Both the position numbers and the translations under genes were made by a program. From the IMG/VR virus record IMGVR_UViG_3300030104_003613: a stretch of DNA of 64,000 nucleotides, one strand, 5' to 3'. The first letter of the stretch is position 1, and every line of letters begins with the position of its first letter. Positions 1-10,707 of the stretch are shown here, piece after piece. The notes beneath the pieces are model-generated. The model had not been told where the DNA came from. It was given only the letters and a program-made list of their open reading frames with translations, and did not search any database. This stretch comes from a virus.

Positions 1-1
1 C

Positions 2-1000
2 ATTTTGAGCATCAATGAGAATATGTCCATCTACACGAATAGCAGAAAAACTTGCTCCACCTGTAGAAGCTCTTGAGAAGACTAATGTATTAAGAGTTCC
101 TGATCCAGTTTTAACAGTCACCCACTGATTTGCGGCAATAGTTTGTGCTCCTTCTCCATTAACATTTACAGTGTTTGCTGCGTTTATAAGATAAACTTGA
201 ATACTTGAATTAAACTTAATTCCACCTACAGGAGTAAATGTAATGGTGCTAGGATTACTTCCTGTGTTATTTTGAGCATATTGATTATCTGAACTCCCAA
301 CTTCCCCATCAAAACCATCTGCTGCTAATCCTGCTGATTGGAATCCTGATGCATCACCAACGAGAGCACTACTCCAAGTTACACCATACAGATCTGTTCT
401 GTGCTCATATTTCTTTGGTCTCCAAGTATTTGTGAGTGGATCAGTAAATCCAAAATTATCAGGCCCAAGTGCTGCTCCATCTATAAAATAATTATTAGTA
501 ATATTAACATCTCCAGAAGTTGCACCTTGATATCTCGCACCAATACTGTGCTCTACAGTATTATTAACTGGAGTATCGGAACCGTCAGGAGTAGTATAAG
601 AAGAAGATGTTAGTTGTTCTCCATTTACATAAACCTTTATGCGATCAGTTGTGGTTGATTCTGTTGCATCAAAAGCAAGAACAACATGATACCATCCAGG
701 ATCACGAAAGTAAGCACTTGATGTAAATAAACCATTTGTAGCTGTTGTGTAAGTATTCCATCTCAACTGGCCACTGTCAAACATAAATGAAGCATGTCCA
801 CTACTGTCTGGAACAGAAAATAAGTAAAAAGATGCTAACTCATTTAGTTTTACCCAACCACTCCAAGTCCAGGTTTTTCTGTTGCCAGCAGAACCTGGTG
901 TTCTTTTTAAATAACTACTATCAAACTTTAAACTACCATCAATAACCTGAGCACCAGATGCCCTATCAGATGTAACTATCTGAGGTAATGCTATTCCCAT
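2..1000 (-). CDS. LamG/concanavalin-like virion (tail fibre/adhesin) protein, 3' end runs off the window
   Basis: Hand translation from ATG at 1000: MGIALPQIVTSDRASGAQVIDGSLKF..RKTWTWSGWVK..WYHVVLAFD..RIKVYVNG, which are LamG-type motifs. Open to the window edge and absent from the ORF track. Confidence 0.75.
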   Translation of the reverse strand, partial: MGIALPQIVTSDRASGAQVIDGSLKFDSSYLKRTPGSAGNRKTWTWSGWVKLNELASFYLFSVPDSSGHASFMFDSGQLRWNTYTTATNGLFTSSAYFRDPGWYHVVLAFDATESTTTDRIKVYVNGEQLTSSSYTTPDGSDTPVNNTVEHSIGARYQGATSGDVNITNNYFIDGAALGPDNFGFTDPLTNTWRPKKYEHRTDLYGVTWSSALVGDASGFQSAGLAADGFDGEVGSSDNQYAQNNTGSNPSTITFTPVGGIKFNSSIQVYLINAANTVNVNGEGAQTIAANQWVTVKTGSGTLNTLVFSRASTGGASFSAIRVDGHILIDAQN

Positions 1001-1010
1001 TTATCTACCC

Positions 1011-2183
1011 TCAGCTAAAGTTCAGTGATGCGCCAGCAAGCAGTTGTGTTCCTGCTGTTCCTACCCTATTTACCGTGAATGAAATCAAACTAATTGCTCC
1101 ATCTGCAGTTGGTAATACTGGTGCAGAACCTGATGGGAATAAGAAGAATGTGCTAAATCCTACAGTTGTAATACCAGAGTTGATAATTCTTACTGTATGA
1201 CTATCTGCTTCTGTTCCACCAGAGCAAGTGATAGTTGTAATGCCAGATGCAGTCACCTTATGGTCTTGTGCTGCTGTAAGGTCTAGTGTTAAAACAGCAT
1301 TATTGGGAGTTGCTGCTTCTGTAGTGATTCCAGCAGCAACATCTTGCCAGGTTGGTGCAGATCCAGAACCATTTGATGTAATTACTTGACCTGATGTTCC
1401 GTAGTTAGCACCACCTAGACCAAAAGCACCATTAGTAGCAAAACGAAGTCTTTCAGCACTACCGTTCGATCCAAGTATCAATGAATTTACTGCTGCTATA
1501 CCAAGGTCAGTATCACTTCCTCCCCCAAATAATTGTTGGGCACGACCAACATATCCTACAGTAGTTGTACCATCAGTTGCGTACCAACGATCATACAAAT
1601 AGTGGTATATCTGGCCATCGTTAAGCACTCGGAATGACTCTGAACCATTAGTTTCTACTGAAAATGTATTATCAGAAGGGAATCTAATGCAGGTATCAGT
1701 ATCGCCTGTATGGACAATCTTATCAGCGATTGATAAGTCTGCCCCAAGTGTGCTAACTCCGGCAGTAACAACAAGACCTCCATCAGTGATTCTTACACCA
1801 GTTCGAGCGGTTATAAGACCTACTGAATCAATATTCTTTACATCCTCATATGTTAACGTACCAGCAATTGATACGTTAGTGGCACTTAATGTGTTTGTGT
1901 TTGAATTATATGATAACTCCGCATCCGTGGCGGCAGCAGTCATCGTGCCGCTTGTTAAACTTGTAATTACAACCCTTTGATCCCCAGAACCAGCAGAAAG
2001 GGTAGCACCTGCGGTGATTCCCGACAGTTCGCTACCATCTCCAAAGAATTGAGTTGCGCTAACAACACCAACAACATCCAGTCTCGCATCAGGAGTCAGA
2101 CTGTTAATACCAACATTATTGCTGGAATCAACAGAGAAAACCGCTGGATTGGCTAATTTAGATAGTTCTCTGGCTCTAGACAT
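1011..2183 (-). CDS. Tail fibre protein with C-terminal adaptor-like domain
   Basis: NVGINSLTP, FFGDGSELSG, GLITARTG and ERLRF repeats typical of cyanophage fibres; late-promoter-like ATAAATA upstream. Confidence 0.75.
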   Translation of the reverse strand: MSRARELSKLANPAVFSVDSSNNVGINSLTPDARLDVVGVVSATQFFGDGSELSGITAGATLSAGSGDQRVVITSLTSGTMTAAATDAELSYNSNTNTLSATNVSIAGTLTYEDVKNIDSVGLITARTGVRITDGGLVVTAGVSTLGADLSIADKIVHTGDTDTCIRFPSDNTFSVETNGSESFRVLNDGQIYHYLYDRWYATDGTTTVGYVGRAQQLFGGGSDTDLGIAAVNSLILGSNGSAERLRFATNGAFGLGGANYGTSGQVITSNGSGSAPTWQDVAAGITTEAATPNNAVLTLDLTAAQDHKVTASGITTITCSGGTEADSHTVRIINSGITTVGFSTFFLFPSGSAPVLPTADGAISLISFTVNRVGTAGTQLLAGASLNFS

Positions 2184-2203
2184 CTCTTGCCCTTTTTATA
2201 TAT

Positions 2204-2647
2204 TTATTCGGGTGTGGTGAGAACCCAAGCGGTAGAGGGGTCTGCCTGATAGTTGGATTCGTTCCAAACATAATAACTACCTGCTGCCTGCTGATCAGAA
2301 GTCAATGCAGGTGCTGCGCCGGGAGTTGATGGTGGTTCCCATTGTGCTGCTGTGGCACTGATAGTCCATGAAGCATGAGGTTTCTGATTGATAAAGATAT
2401 CAGTAGCACCAACACCCAGAGTAGCAACATTACTCATATAGGTATATCCAATACCCGCATAGTTGCCTCTAATAGTATTATTATAAGAAGTCTGCTTCCA
2501 GTTAGTTTCACCACCAAGGAGTTTCTGACAGAAAGCAACACCAATGCTTTCTACTTCTACTCCATTGGAGTCGGATGTGTCATCGTTGCTCACAACAATG
2601 ACTTGGGTTACCACATTGTTACCATCTAATTGTGCAAAATGAGCCAT
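2204..2647 (-). CDS. Conserved phage protein (MAHFAQLD family) that accompanies Gly-rich tail proteins
   Basis: MAHFA..VTQVIVV, WKQTSYN..RGNYAGIGYTY and W..P motifs. Confidence 0.7.
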   Translation of the reverse strand: MAHFAQLDGNNVVTQVIVVSNDDTSDSNGVEVESIGVAFCQKLLGGETNWKQTSYNNTIRGNYAGIGYTYMSNVATLGVGATDIFINQKPHASWTISATAAQWEPPSTPGAAPALTSDQQAAGSYYVWNESNYQADPSTAWVLTTPE

Positions 2648-2680
2648 CTTTATTCTTGACTAGTTGTTTGTATTTATTTA

Positions 2681-4702
2681 TCAGGTTGGATAGGCAATGA
2701 TAACAATACCGGAACCACCTCTTCCACCTCTCTTGAATGGTCCGCCGTTAGCACCGGTTCCACCGCAGGCACCACCACCGCCTCCGCCACCACGATTTAC
2801 AGCACCATCATGCCCTTGAGTATGTGGATTATTATCACCACCAGCACCACCTGTTCCATCAGGTGAACCATATGGAGTGCCTCCATCTATACCAAGACCA
2901 CCACCGCCACCACCAGCGTAGTAGACAGCATCACCAGAATCTCCTGTAATTCCGGCAGAAATTGTGTATCTAGCTCCAACACCACCTTTTACACTAGTGC
3001 CATATGCATCACCTGCTCCACCAGCACCACCAGCGCCGCCACCTCCGCCACCAGCGTAAGGTTGTGGTGGTCCTACATCTTGTCCTGCATGACCAAATCC
3101 ATGAGTGCTTGGTGAAGCAATATCAATACCTCCAGGATGAGTAGTACTAAAAGGTCCAGATCCTGCACCAGGGTTAGCTGCCCAAGTAGCACCACCACCA
3201 GAACCACCACCTGTTTGACCAGCACCACCACCATATGGTGGTGACGATCTTGATGCACCTCTACCACCACCACCAGCAGTGATTGGTGAACCAAATGATG
3301 ATGGATTTCCTTCAGCAGCAGCAGAGTTTGAGTCAGCATCATTCTGTGCTATTCCACCAGCACCAGCAACAACGGCGACTGCTGTGCTAGTGCCTGTAAC
3401 TGGGGTAGTACCATATTTAACACCTCCTCCACCACCACCTGAAGCGCCAGTAGACCAAGGTGAATTAGTAGGAGTAACCTTACCTGCTCCTCCACCACCA
3501 CCTACTACAAGATAGGTTACATTCCCATCAACCCAATTTGGTTCTGTAGTAAAAGTTCCACTCGCGTTAAAAGTATGAATTGTATATCCATTTGCCCTAG
3601 AAATTATTCCACCAGTTGCTTTTGCAGTTGTAACTGTTCCAATCTGATATCTAACAACAACAATTCCAGAACCACCAGAGGCGGTGGTGTTAACACTATT
3701 CCAAGTTCCTCCACCTCCACCACCAGATGTCATTACTCCATTTGTTCTTTCAGTTGTTTGGCCACCAGATCCACCACCACCAACTCCACCAGCATTTGTG
3801 CCAGCAGAGCCTCCTCTTCCACCGCCGCCACCACCAGAATACCATTGATATTCACCTGGTCCTGGGTTTTGAGCACCAATTCCTTGGTTTCCTAATGATG
3901 CAGGCCCAGCAATCAGAACCTGAGAACCTGCTCCACCAGCACCAGAAGGTGGTCCAGAACCAGCAGCAGTAGCACCACCACCACCACCAGCAGAATAAGG
4001 TAGGGAACTATATGCTCCACCCGGATATCCCTCAGTCCAAGCAAATGGTCCACCAGCACCACCAGGAGTAGATGGATTTCTACCAAAACCAGCTGTAGTT
4101 GGAGATGATGCTGAACCACCACCAGAACCACCATTACCGCCAGGAGTGCTGGGATGGTTACCTGCTTTACCACCACCAGTTGCTGTTATACCATTAGGTG
4201 CGGATGGAGGTCCAAAATATGATGGAACTCCATCATTGGTTGGAACTGATGTTCCTGCTCTTCCGCCAGCACCACCACCTCCAACTGTTACAACATAATC
4301 TGTGCTAGATGTTACAGTAAAAGAGGGGTTTCCTGTTGCTAATGGATGACCAGAAAGATTGGTTCTTAAACCTCCAGCACCACCACCACCTTCATATCCA
4401 CCGCCACCACCACCAGCAACAACAAGATATTCAATATCAGCAGGAAAATCACCAATGGAATTTACACTAAAAGTTCCTGATGCGGTGAAAATATGTGCTC
4501 TATAAACTTCGTCACCAGAAGTGTAATCATTGACCACACCGCCAGATGCGTTCAATCCACTAACTACGGCCGGAGAGGCATTAGTTCCCCCACCACCAGC
4601 ACTAAAGTTGTTTCTAAAATATTCTAAAAGATGACCATCAATTTTCGTATTAAGACCCTTTGGATTTGAGGGTGTTCCTGTATTAGTAGATCTTACTCCC
4701 AT
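2681..4702 (-). CDS. Glycine-rich tail/adhesin protein with two repeated Gly-rich domains
   Basis: Two copies of GG..Y..H.F..SGTF..YLVV.GGGGG ... GGSGIV(V/I)..Y. Confidence 0.75.
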   Translation of the reverse strand: MGVRSTNTGTPSNPKGLNTKIDGHLLEYFRNNFSAGGGGTNASPAVVSGLNASGGVVNDYTSGDEVYRAHIFTASGTFSVNSIGDFPADIEYLVVAGGGGGGYEGGGGAGGLRTNLSGHPLATGNPSFTVTSSTDYVVTVGGGGAGGRAGTSVPTNDGVPSYFGPPSAPNGITATGGGKAGNHPSTPGGNGGSGGGSASSPTTAGFGRNPSTPGGAGGPFAWTEGYPGGAYSSLPYSAGGGGGATAAGSGPPSGAGGAGSQVLIAGPASLGNQGIGAQNPGPGEYQWYSGGGGGGRGGSAGTNAGGVGGGGSGGQTTERTNGVMTSGGGGGGTWNSVNTTASGGSGIVVVRYQIGTVTTAKATGGIISRANGYTIHTFNASGTFTTEPNWVDGNVTYLVVGGGGGAGKVTPTNSPWSTGASGGGGGGVKYGTTPVTGTSTAVAVVAGAGGIAQNDADSNSAAAEGNPSSFGSPITAGGGGRGASRSSPPYGGGAGQTGGGSGGGATWAANPGAGSGPFSTTHPGGIDIASPSTHGFGHAGQDVGPPQPYAGGGGGGAGGAGGAGDAYGTSVKGGVGARYTISAGITGDSGDAVYYAGGGGGGLGIDGGTPYGSPDGTGGAGGDNNPHTQGHDGAVNRGGGGGGGACGGTGANGGPFKRGGRGGSGIVIIAYPT

Positions 4703-4713
4703 TTTTAGTTACC

Positions 4714-5121
4714 TCAAATGTCGGTATCACCGAGGATTTGGAAGTTTACAGCACTTCCAATACCTGATCCTCCAACTGAATTCGCTGGTTGTGTAACCTC
4801 TACAATAATTTTCTCTTGATTTGTCAAAACCAATGGGTAGTTCATCTCAAAGAAGAAAGTTTCGTTTGAGTTAAGATCAACTCTTGATAATCTATATGCC
4901 GTCTGTCCGTGTGCTACCTGGGTTACTCCATCTGGGTAAATGTAAAGAGATGAGGTACAAGTAGAAAGTCCAGTATTGTGCATCACCACACCTCTCAGGT
5001 ATGTGGTTGAGGCAATACCAACGCCACCAGCAGTTTGGGTAACTCCAACCGTCAAGATACCAACGGTATTAATACCAGTAACTGCTTGTATTCCCAGTAA
5101 TTTAGTTCTTTTGAGTCCCAT
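4714..5121 (-). CDS. Small virion-associated hypothetical protein
   Basis: 135-aa beta-rich ORF within the fibre cluster; CTAAATA upstream. Confidence 0.65.
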   Translation of the reverse strand: MGLKRTKLLGIQAVTGINTVGILTVGVTQTAGGVGIASTTYLRGVVMHNTGLSTCTSSLYIYPDGVTQVAHGQTAYRLSRVDLNSNETFFFEMNYPLVLTNQEKIIVEVTQPANSVGGSGIGSAVNFQILGDTDI

Positions 5122-5143
5122 TGGTATATACTTTTAGAGTTAT

Positions 5144-5944
5144 TTAGTTAAAGAGGGCAGCATCAAGTTCGTTAAAACCTGCTGGAATATTCAAATTGGT
5201 AAGATTAGCACCAGATCCTACGAATGAAGTTGCTGTTACAACACCAGTCGTATTGATATTTTGTGTTACAGCACCATCTGTATCACCAACAATAATATCA
5301 CCACTCTTAGTTGGGAGAATAGAAGTTACATTACCACTAAACTCTGAATGAGGTGGTGCTTGAACTCTTGAGTAGTGAGCATTACTAACTTCACAATAAA
5401 GATCAACTCTGGCAGGACTTCCATCACTACTTCTTATCTCAATCTCATTAGTCGTGGTGGTTAGACCACTTACAACTAGTGAATCAGCAACAACTCTTGA
5501 AGTATCTGCCAATCCAGTGATTGTGACAGCACCAGTTGAACCACTCAAACTGATATTGCTACCAGCAGATAAAGATGTAACAATGCCAGCACCACCAACT
5601 GTAACAGTGTCTCCCGTTACAGTGAGATTACCATTAACGGTAAAGTTACTAGGTGATGATGTTGCGGTGTCATTGACTACATTAAATGCCTTATAAGCAA
5701 CTGCTTCTACGACATCACCACCTACTGCAGCAGTGATGAGACTAAAAGTGCTCCCATCTGTGGCAGCATAGTCACTGATATTGACTAGTTTAGCACCGTT
5801 TACATAAACTTCAAATAGTGTTGGTGTATATGATGACGCAAATGTAAAATCAGTAGTAACACCTGTTACATTATATGACTGTCTGGCGATAGTAACAGAA
5901 CTATCACCCGGAGATCTTCCTATGTATCCTTGATTAAGATTCAT
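5144..5944 (-). CDS. Tail fibre-related protein
   Basis: YIGRSP start, VYVNG..DY.ATDG..GDVVE module, and TATSFVGSGANLT motif. Confidence 0.7.
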   Translation of the reverse strand: MNLNQGYIGRSPGDSSVTIARQSYNVTGVTTDFTFASSYTPTLFEVYVNGAKLVNISDYAATDGSTFSLITAAVGGDVVEAVAYKAFNVVNDTATSSPSNFTVNGNLTVTGDTVTVGGAGIVTSLSAGSNISLSGSTGAVTITGLADTSRVVADSLVVSGLTTTTNEIEIRSSDGSPARVDLYCEVSNAHYSRVQAPPHSEFSGNVTSILPTKSGDIIVGDTDGAVTQNINTTGVVTATSFVGSGANLTNLNIPAGFNELDAALFN

Positions 5945-6477
5945 CAGCTGACCCCCTGAAGAATACCCATAGTAACATCAACCGCACCAGATGTGTCGCA
6001 ATAAATACGAATCTCATCATCAGCAATCATAACCGTTTTGCCAGCATCACTAATAACGAAAGAACTTCCTGACGGAACAGGAATGTCATTAGCGATTCCA
6101 GTGTGAGTAGAACCTGATTTCAATTCAACAAATATATTTACGTTATTATTAGTCAGATTAGCGTATGTGCCACCAATTAAAATTGATTTAGTTGCTGCTG
6201 GTGATGTATAACAGGTCGTCGGACCCATAAACCTTACCGTCTGACTGGCGGCAGAAGCACTGTTTGTAGATGTCTTGTCTACTGTAACCTGACCAGAACC
6301 TAGAGCACTGACCTTCGCACCACCCCTGAAGTGTTGGTTGTCAACCATATGTCCCACTGCCACACCAGCAGTTGAGACGCCCGTGATGGTCGTCGCGTTT
6401 GCCCCAATTGCGGCACCTGTGCTAGTGGTCACAATACCAGCTGCTCTAGTTTGTGAATTTACGAATACTTCTGCCAT
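5944..6477 (-). CDS. Small virion-associated hypothetical protein
   Basis: 177-aa ORF coupled to the next gene; C-terminal beta-sandwich-like segment (IPVPSGSSFVISDAGKTV). Confidence 0.65.
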   Translation of the reverse strand: MAEVFVNSQTRAAGIVTTSTGAAIGANATTITGVSTAGVAVGHMVDNQHFRGGAKVSALGSGQVTVDKTSTNSASAASQTVRFMGPTTCYTSPAATKSILIGGTYANLTNNNVNIFVELKSGSTHTGIANDIPVPSGSSFVISDAGKTVMIADDEIRIYCDTSGAVDVTMGILQGVS

Positions 6478-6503
6478 TGTTCTTTAAGTGATAGTGGTAT
6501 TTA

Positions 6504-7580
6504 TTAACTGCCGAGGGCAATTACCAGACCAATTGAAACGCCTGGAGTAAATGTGACAGTTGCCACTCCTGCTGCGGTAGCAGGTGGAACAGCAACCGCA
6601 ATAGCAGTTCCGTTCGTTGAAGCAAAATCAAGTTGTGTAATTCCAGCACCAATAAAAGTGCCTTCTGACGCAACACCAACTGTTGCTGTCAGATTTGTAG
6701 CAATACCAGATAGATTTGAACCATCACCAAAGTAGGTGACAATTCCTGAAGCACTGCTGGCAGTGACAATTCCTGATGGGTCACCAATCTTGACTCCATT
6801 AAAGGTTGAAACACCTGTAATGTTGATGTTTCTACCTGAAACCTCATCATATGAGATATCGCCAGTGACATTTAAGTTGCCACCAACACTTAAATCATTA
6901 GTAACAGTGACAACACCAATCGTGGCACCATTCTGAACAATCAGGTCTCTGGTTGTGGTAATGCCAGCAAATGTAGCACCAGTACCAACAAGATTATCAA
7001 TCGTGGCGATACCAACGGTAGCACCAGTATTAATTAAGTTGGTAATCGTTGCGATACCAATATCAGCACCAGTTACATCAGCATTAATAATGGTAGCAAC
7101 ACCAATGTGTGCCCCCTGTGCGTCAATTGAAGCAATTGTTGCGACACCAGTAATTCTAATTCCAGCGCCGTCAATGGCACCAACATCAAGGTATCCAATT
7201 GTTGATACGCCACTGACCTTTAAGTTGCCATCATTGATGACAACATCACCATTCTTAACGAATACTACTGTTGGGTCAGCATCAGGTTTATCAATTTGTA
7301 CAGCATAACCAGGAACTGCGGTATGTAAACCAATCGCAGTTAAGTCAGGGACAGCACTGATAATAGTGCCACCCGTACCTACATTAAACTCTCCCAGCGA
7401 TGTGGTAATACCATACGCACGGGAGAGAATGTTATCAGCAACGATGCCACCGGCAACGTCTACTGTACTTGATGGGGTGGTAGTGCCAAGACCAACAGCG
7501 TCTAGGGAAGTAGAGGCGACAATTAGGTCTTCTGCTACTTCAATGCCATTTCTGACTACAAAATTCTTATTTACAGCCAT
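6504..7580 (-). CDS. Tail fibre protein
   Basis: KNFVVRNGIEV start, repeated (I)G(V/I)ATI units and YFGDGSNLSG; TATAAATA upstream. Confidence 0.75.
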   Translation of the reverse strand: MAVNKNFVVRNGIEVAEDLIVASTSLDAVGLGTTTPSSTVDVAGGIVADNILSRAYGITTSLGEFNVGTGGTIISAVPDLTAIGLHTAVPGYAVQIDKPDADPTVVFVKNGDVVINDGNLKVSGVSTIGYLDVGAIDGAGIRITGVATIASIDAQGAHIGVATIINADVTGADIGIATITNLINTGATVGIATIDNLVGTGATFAGITTTRDLIVQNGATIGVVTVTNDLSVGGNLNVTGDISYDEVSGRNINITGVSTFNGVKIGDPSGIVTASSASGIVTYFGDGSNLSGIATNLTATVGVASEGTFIGAGITQLDFASTNGTAIAVAVPPATAAGVATVTFTPGVSIGLVIALGS

Positions 7581-7615
7581 ATTAGATCGAGGTTCACTTT
7601 CCCCTCAGTTTCTTT

Positions 7616-7623
7616 TATTTATA
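7616..7623 (-). promoter_or_regulatory. T4-type late promoter TATAAATA
   Basis: Exact consensus about 35 nt upstream of the fibre gene start at 7580. Confidence 0.7.
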
Positions 7624-10600
7624 CTAACTAAAGTCCGGTACGCCAGGTGGGAGAATCCACCAGTTGGCAGTTGTGTAGTAGTAACTTGTTACTGTAAATG
7701 GTTGATTGGGAGTCGTATGTCCGTAATAAGCAAACGATTCAGTTTGATGCCAATAGAGTCCACTATAATCTAAACCAACTCCCGCAAATCCACTAGTCTC
7801 ATCCCAGGTAAGAATCAAATCACCAGGATAATTGCCATTGCCAGATGCGGTTACCCAGTCAGTCCATCCAGTCAAACTTGACCTTAATGTGAATCGATTA
7901 GCATTTATCATCTTCCTCAAATTATTATCTGTTGGAGTAATAATCTTTCTAGTGTCATCGTTTCTAGTTGCTGTAAGTCTATATCCATCAACAGTATTGG
8001 CGAGAGACAAGAACGACTGCCACCTAAGATCATCAATACATGTGTCAGTATTAAAGAGAACTCGACCATTTGTTTTCGTAAGAGTTTGAGGATTCTTCCC
8101 TGGTGTGGCACAAGAAAGAATCAAGATTCTTCCAAAGGGATCTACATATAATCCTGCCGTAGTAGATGCTTCTCCAAACGTTATGAATGAACTTCCAGTT
8201 CCATTACCACCTAACCTAGTAGAAATAATAGTTGATGATCCATCACTCCATCCTGATCCACCGCCACCACCGCCAGTGCGGTGACCATTGCCAGACACAC
8301 AACCCTGACCACCTTGAGCACCTGCTCCACCATTTCCTCCTTCAGAAATAGTAGCTTTACCAGCGGTATCGGTAACAGTGTAACCTGCTTTAAATCCCCT
8401 ATACAAACGAGAACTATCACCAATAGTTGTGCCGTTCGCATTCACAAATGGAATATCTCCATCGTTAAGATCAAGAAGTCTAATATCAGAACAAGGATCG
8501 AAACCTTGATCCAGGTAATATCTTCCTTTGGTACAAGATACAGTTGTGCCACCAAAAGGTGTGGAGTTAATAGTGTCTCCCGAATAGAGATTTGGTTTGA
8601 CACTGTAATCATTGACAATAGATCCAAAAGTTCCTGTAAGAAGAGGCACTGGAACCTGTCCGCCATCACCATTGCCGGGTCCAGATCCTGGTGCCCCATC
8701 AACATTTACACCACCACCATCTCCACCTTCTCCACCTTCACCAGCCTGACCACCTTGACCAATGACAGCAATTAATCTTGCTTTTTCATATAAGTAAATA
8801 GCAGAATTATTTGATACTCCCAGAATTGTATACTCAACATCTCTACGAGCAAGAATTTCAATTACACTTTTTCCCCCTTCTCCTCCAAAAATATCATCAC
8901 CAGAGAGGAGAAGGTTTTGTCGAACAAAGTCCCAAGGTTTACGGCCGCCACCCGCCGCAGCGTTCATGTCTAATTGAATAGTTACGTCCTTATCTTTAGA
9001 ATGGAATTGAATAATTCCATATTCTGATCCAAATGTTTCAGCATTTAGGGTGAATTGTCCCGTCAGTTCAAGATCTCTCGTTAACGTTTTACGATTATCA
9101 TTATTATCATATGCTTCAAATTGAATCACGATTCTTGGAGGAATTACATCATATGATACAACATTACTATCAAGAGGAGAATTTGTTACATTCGAGGCAG
9201 TTACGATGCATTTAAGAGCACCACCATAATCTTGATCATTTGAAAATATTTCTAGGTTTTGTGTACCAGCACCTGAAACCGTGGTGGTAACTGTTTTTGA
9301 TGCTGCTACTCTCGTAATAGTAAACTGACCAGGCATCTCTGTGCCTCCTGGGTATCTTAGTTCTCCAGTTGCTGAGATAATTTCATCATTTCTTAAAAAT
9401 GTTCTTCCATCAGTGATTAGCGTTGGGTGTATGTATCCTGATCCTCCACCACCGGCACCATCTGAAATAGTTCCTCCACCAGCACCACCACCTCCACCAT
9501 AATATCCACCACCACCTGCACCAGCATCAGTAGCATTTCCACCTTGTAACTCAGATCCAGACTCATTACTTCCGCTCCCAGCGCCTCCTGTGGTTTGTGT
9601 TCCACCCTCTCCTGCTCTTCCTGAAAAGTGCTGCGATCCAGGATTTCCTGTTGTTCCTCCCCCATCACCACCAAATCCAGGGTCGCCTGTTGAACCACCT
9701 CCCCCACCAGCTATCATGATGGAGTTTGCGTGTGAAATAGTTCCTAAAAATAAACCACTATATCCTCCCCCACCACCTCTTCCACTGCTACCTCTTGATC
9801 CACCACCAGTTCCACCTCCAGGAAAACCTGCAGTTACAATCTGACCGGCAGTACCGACAATCAGTTTGTATTCCTGATCTTTTACAAATGTAAATGTACC
9901 TTCTGATACTCCACCTTTGGAACCAGAGATTGACCTAGTATCTGATCCACCTCCACCTGCACCAAAGACAAGGAGGTTTGTTTCTAAATTGTCAGAAGAT
10001 TGGAGAGTGTAAGTTACACCAGGGACAAAACTATTATATGTGGTAAGTTCATTCCAATTTAATGTGATACTATCACCAGCATCACTGGTTACTCTCATTG
10101 TTGGGAATGTCGAACCGGAATCTTGAACTGTTCTGGAAGTTGTTCCGTTTGTGAGGTTTGTTCCCTCAAGATTCCATTGATAATTGACCGTGCCACCACC
10201 AGGGATAATCTCTGCTGCTACCTCAAATGTGGCAGTGTTACCACCACCAATTAGTACGCTAGTTGGTTGCTGTGTGATTGAGATAGACGGAGGTGACGTT
10301 AAAGTTACTTCCGCCGAGGTGCTTCTTCCTATACCTTCAGCAGGATAATCAATAATATTTTCATCAGGTCCTTTAATATAATTTGCGACTACATATACCT
10401 TTTTATTATTATCACTTCCATCAAGACCACTCAAAGTCAATGTTGAAATACCCAATACACCACTAGTTTCAATTTCGGCGTTGCTGTTTGAATCTACCGA
10501 AGCGTCTTTGATGTTTACTCCATCAAAATACCAATCAAAGGCAAATGAACCATCAACAACATTATATGGAAATGATGCTGTTCCAATCGCAGTAAAGGTA

Positions 10601-10707
10601 GCAATTCCCAATATGTTGGCATTAGCATCCCGTGGTATAGATGAAAACCCCACATTAGGTCCATTGAGATGGAGTTCTGTAGGGGTTATTTGAAAGAAAT
10701 TCATCAT
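7624..10707 (-). CDS. Large virion protein with Ig-like and Gly-rich domains
   Basis: ISITQQP..ATFEV..YQW Ig-like motif and two GAGGG-rich blocks. Confidence 0.7.
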   Translation of the reverse strand: MMNFFQITPTELHLNGPNVGFSSIPRDANANILGIATFTAIGTASFPYNVVDGSFAFDWYFDGVNIKDASVDSNSNAEIETSGVLGISTLTLSGLDGSDNNKKVYVVANYIKGPDENIIDYPAEGIGRSTSAEVTLTSPPSISITQQPTSVLIGGGNTATFEVAAEIIPGGGTVNYQWNLEGTNLTNGTTSRTVQDSGSTFPTMRVTSDAGDSITLNWNELTTYNSFVPGVTYTLQSSDNLETNLLVFGAGGGGSDTRSISGSKGGVSEGTFTFVKDQEYKLIVGTAGQIVTAGFPGGGTGGGSRGSSGRGGGGGYSGLFLGTISHANSIMIAGGGGGSTGDPGFGGDGGGTTGNPGSQHFSGRAGEGGTQTTGGAGSGSNESGSELQGGNATDAGAGGGGYYGGGGGAGGGTISDGAGGGGSGYIHPTLITDGRTFLRNDEIISATGELRYPGGTEMPGQFTITRVAASKTVTTTVSGAGTQNLEIFSNDQDYGGALKCIVTASNVTNSPLDSNVVSYDVIPPRIVIQFEAYDNNDNRKTLTRDLELTGQFTLNAETFGSEYGIIQFHSKDKDVTIQLDMNAAAGGGRKPWDFVRQNLLLSGDDIFGGEGGKSVIEILARRDVEYTILGVSNNSAIYLYEKARLIAVIGQGGQAGEGGEGGDGGGVNVDGAPGSGPGNGDGGQVPVPLLTGTFGSIVNDYSVKPNLYSGDTINSTPFGGTTVSCTKGRYYLDQGFDPCSDIRLLDLNDGDIPFVNANGTTIGDSSRLYRGFKAGYTVTDTAGKATISEGGNGGAGAQGGQGCVSGNGHRTGGGGGGSGWSDGSSTIISTRLGGNGTGSSFITFGEASTTAGLYVDPFGRILILSCATPGKNPQTLTKTNGRVLFNTDTCIDDLRWQSFLSLANTVDGYRLTATRNDDTRKIITPTDNNLRKMINANRFTLRSSLTGWTDWVTASGNGNYPGDLILTWDETSGFAGVGLDYSGLYWHQTESFAYYGHTTPNQPFTVTSYYYTTANWWILPPGVPDFS

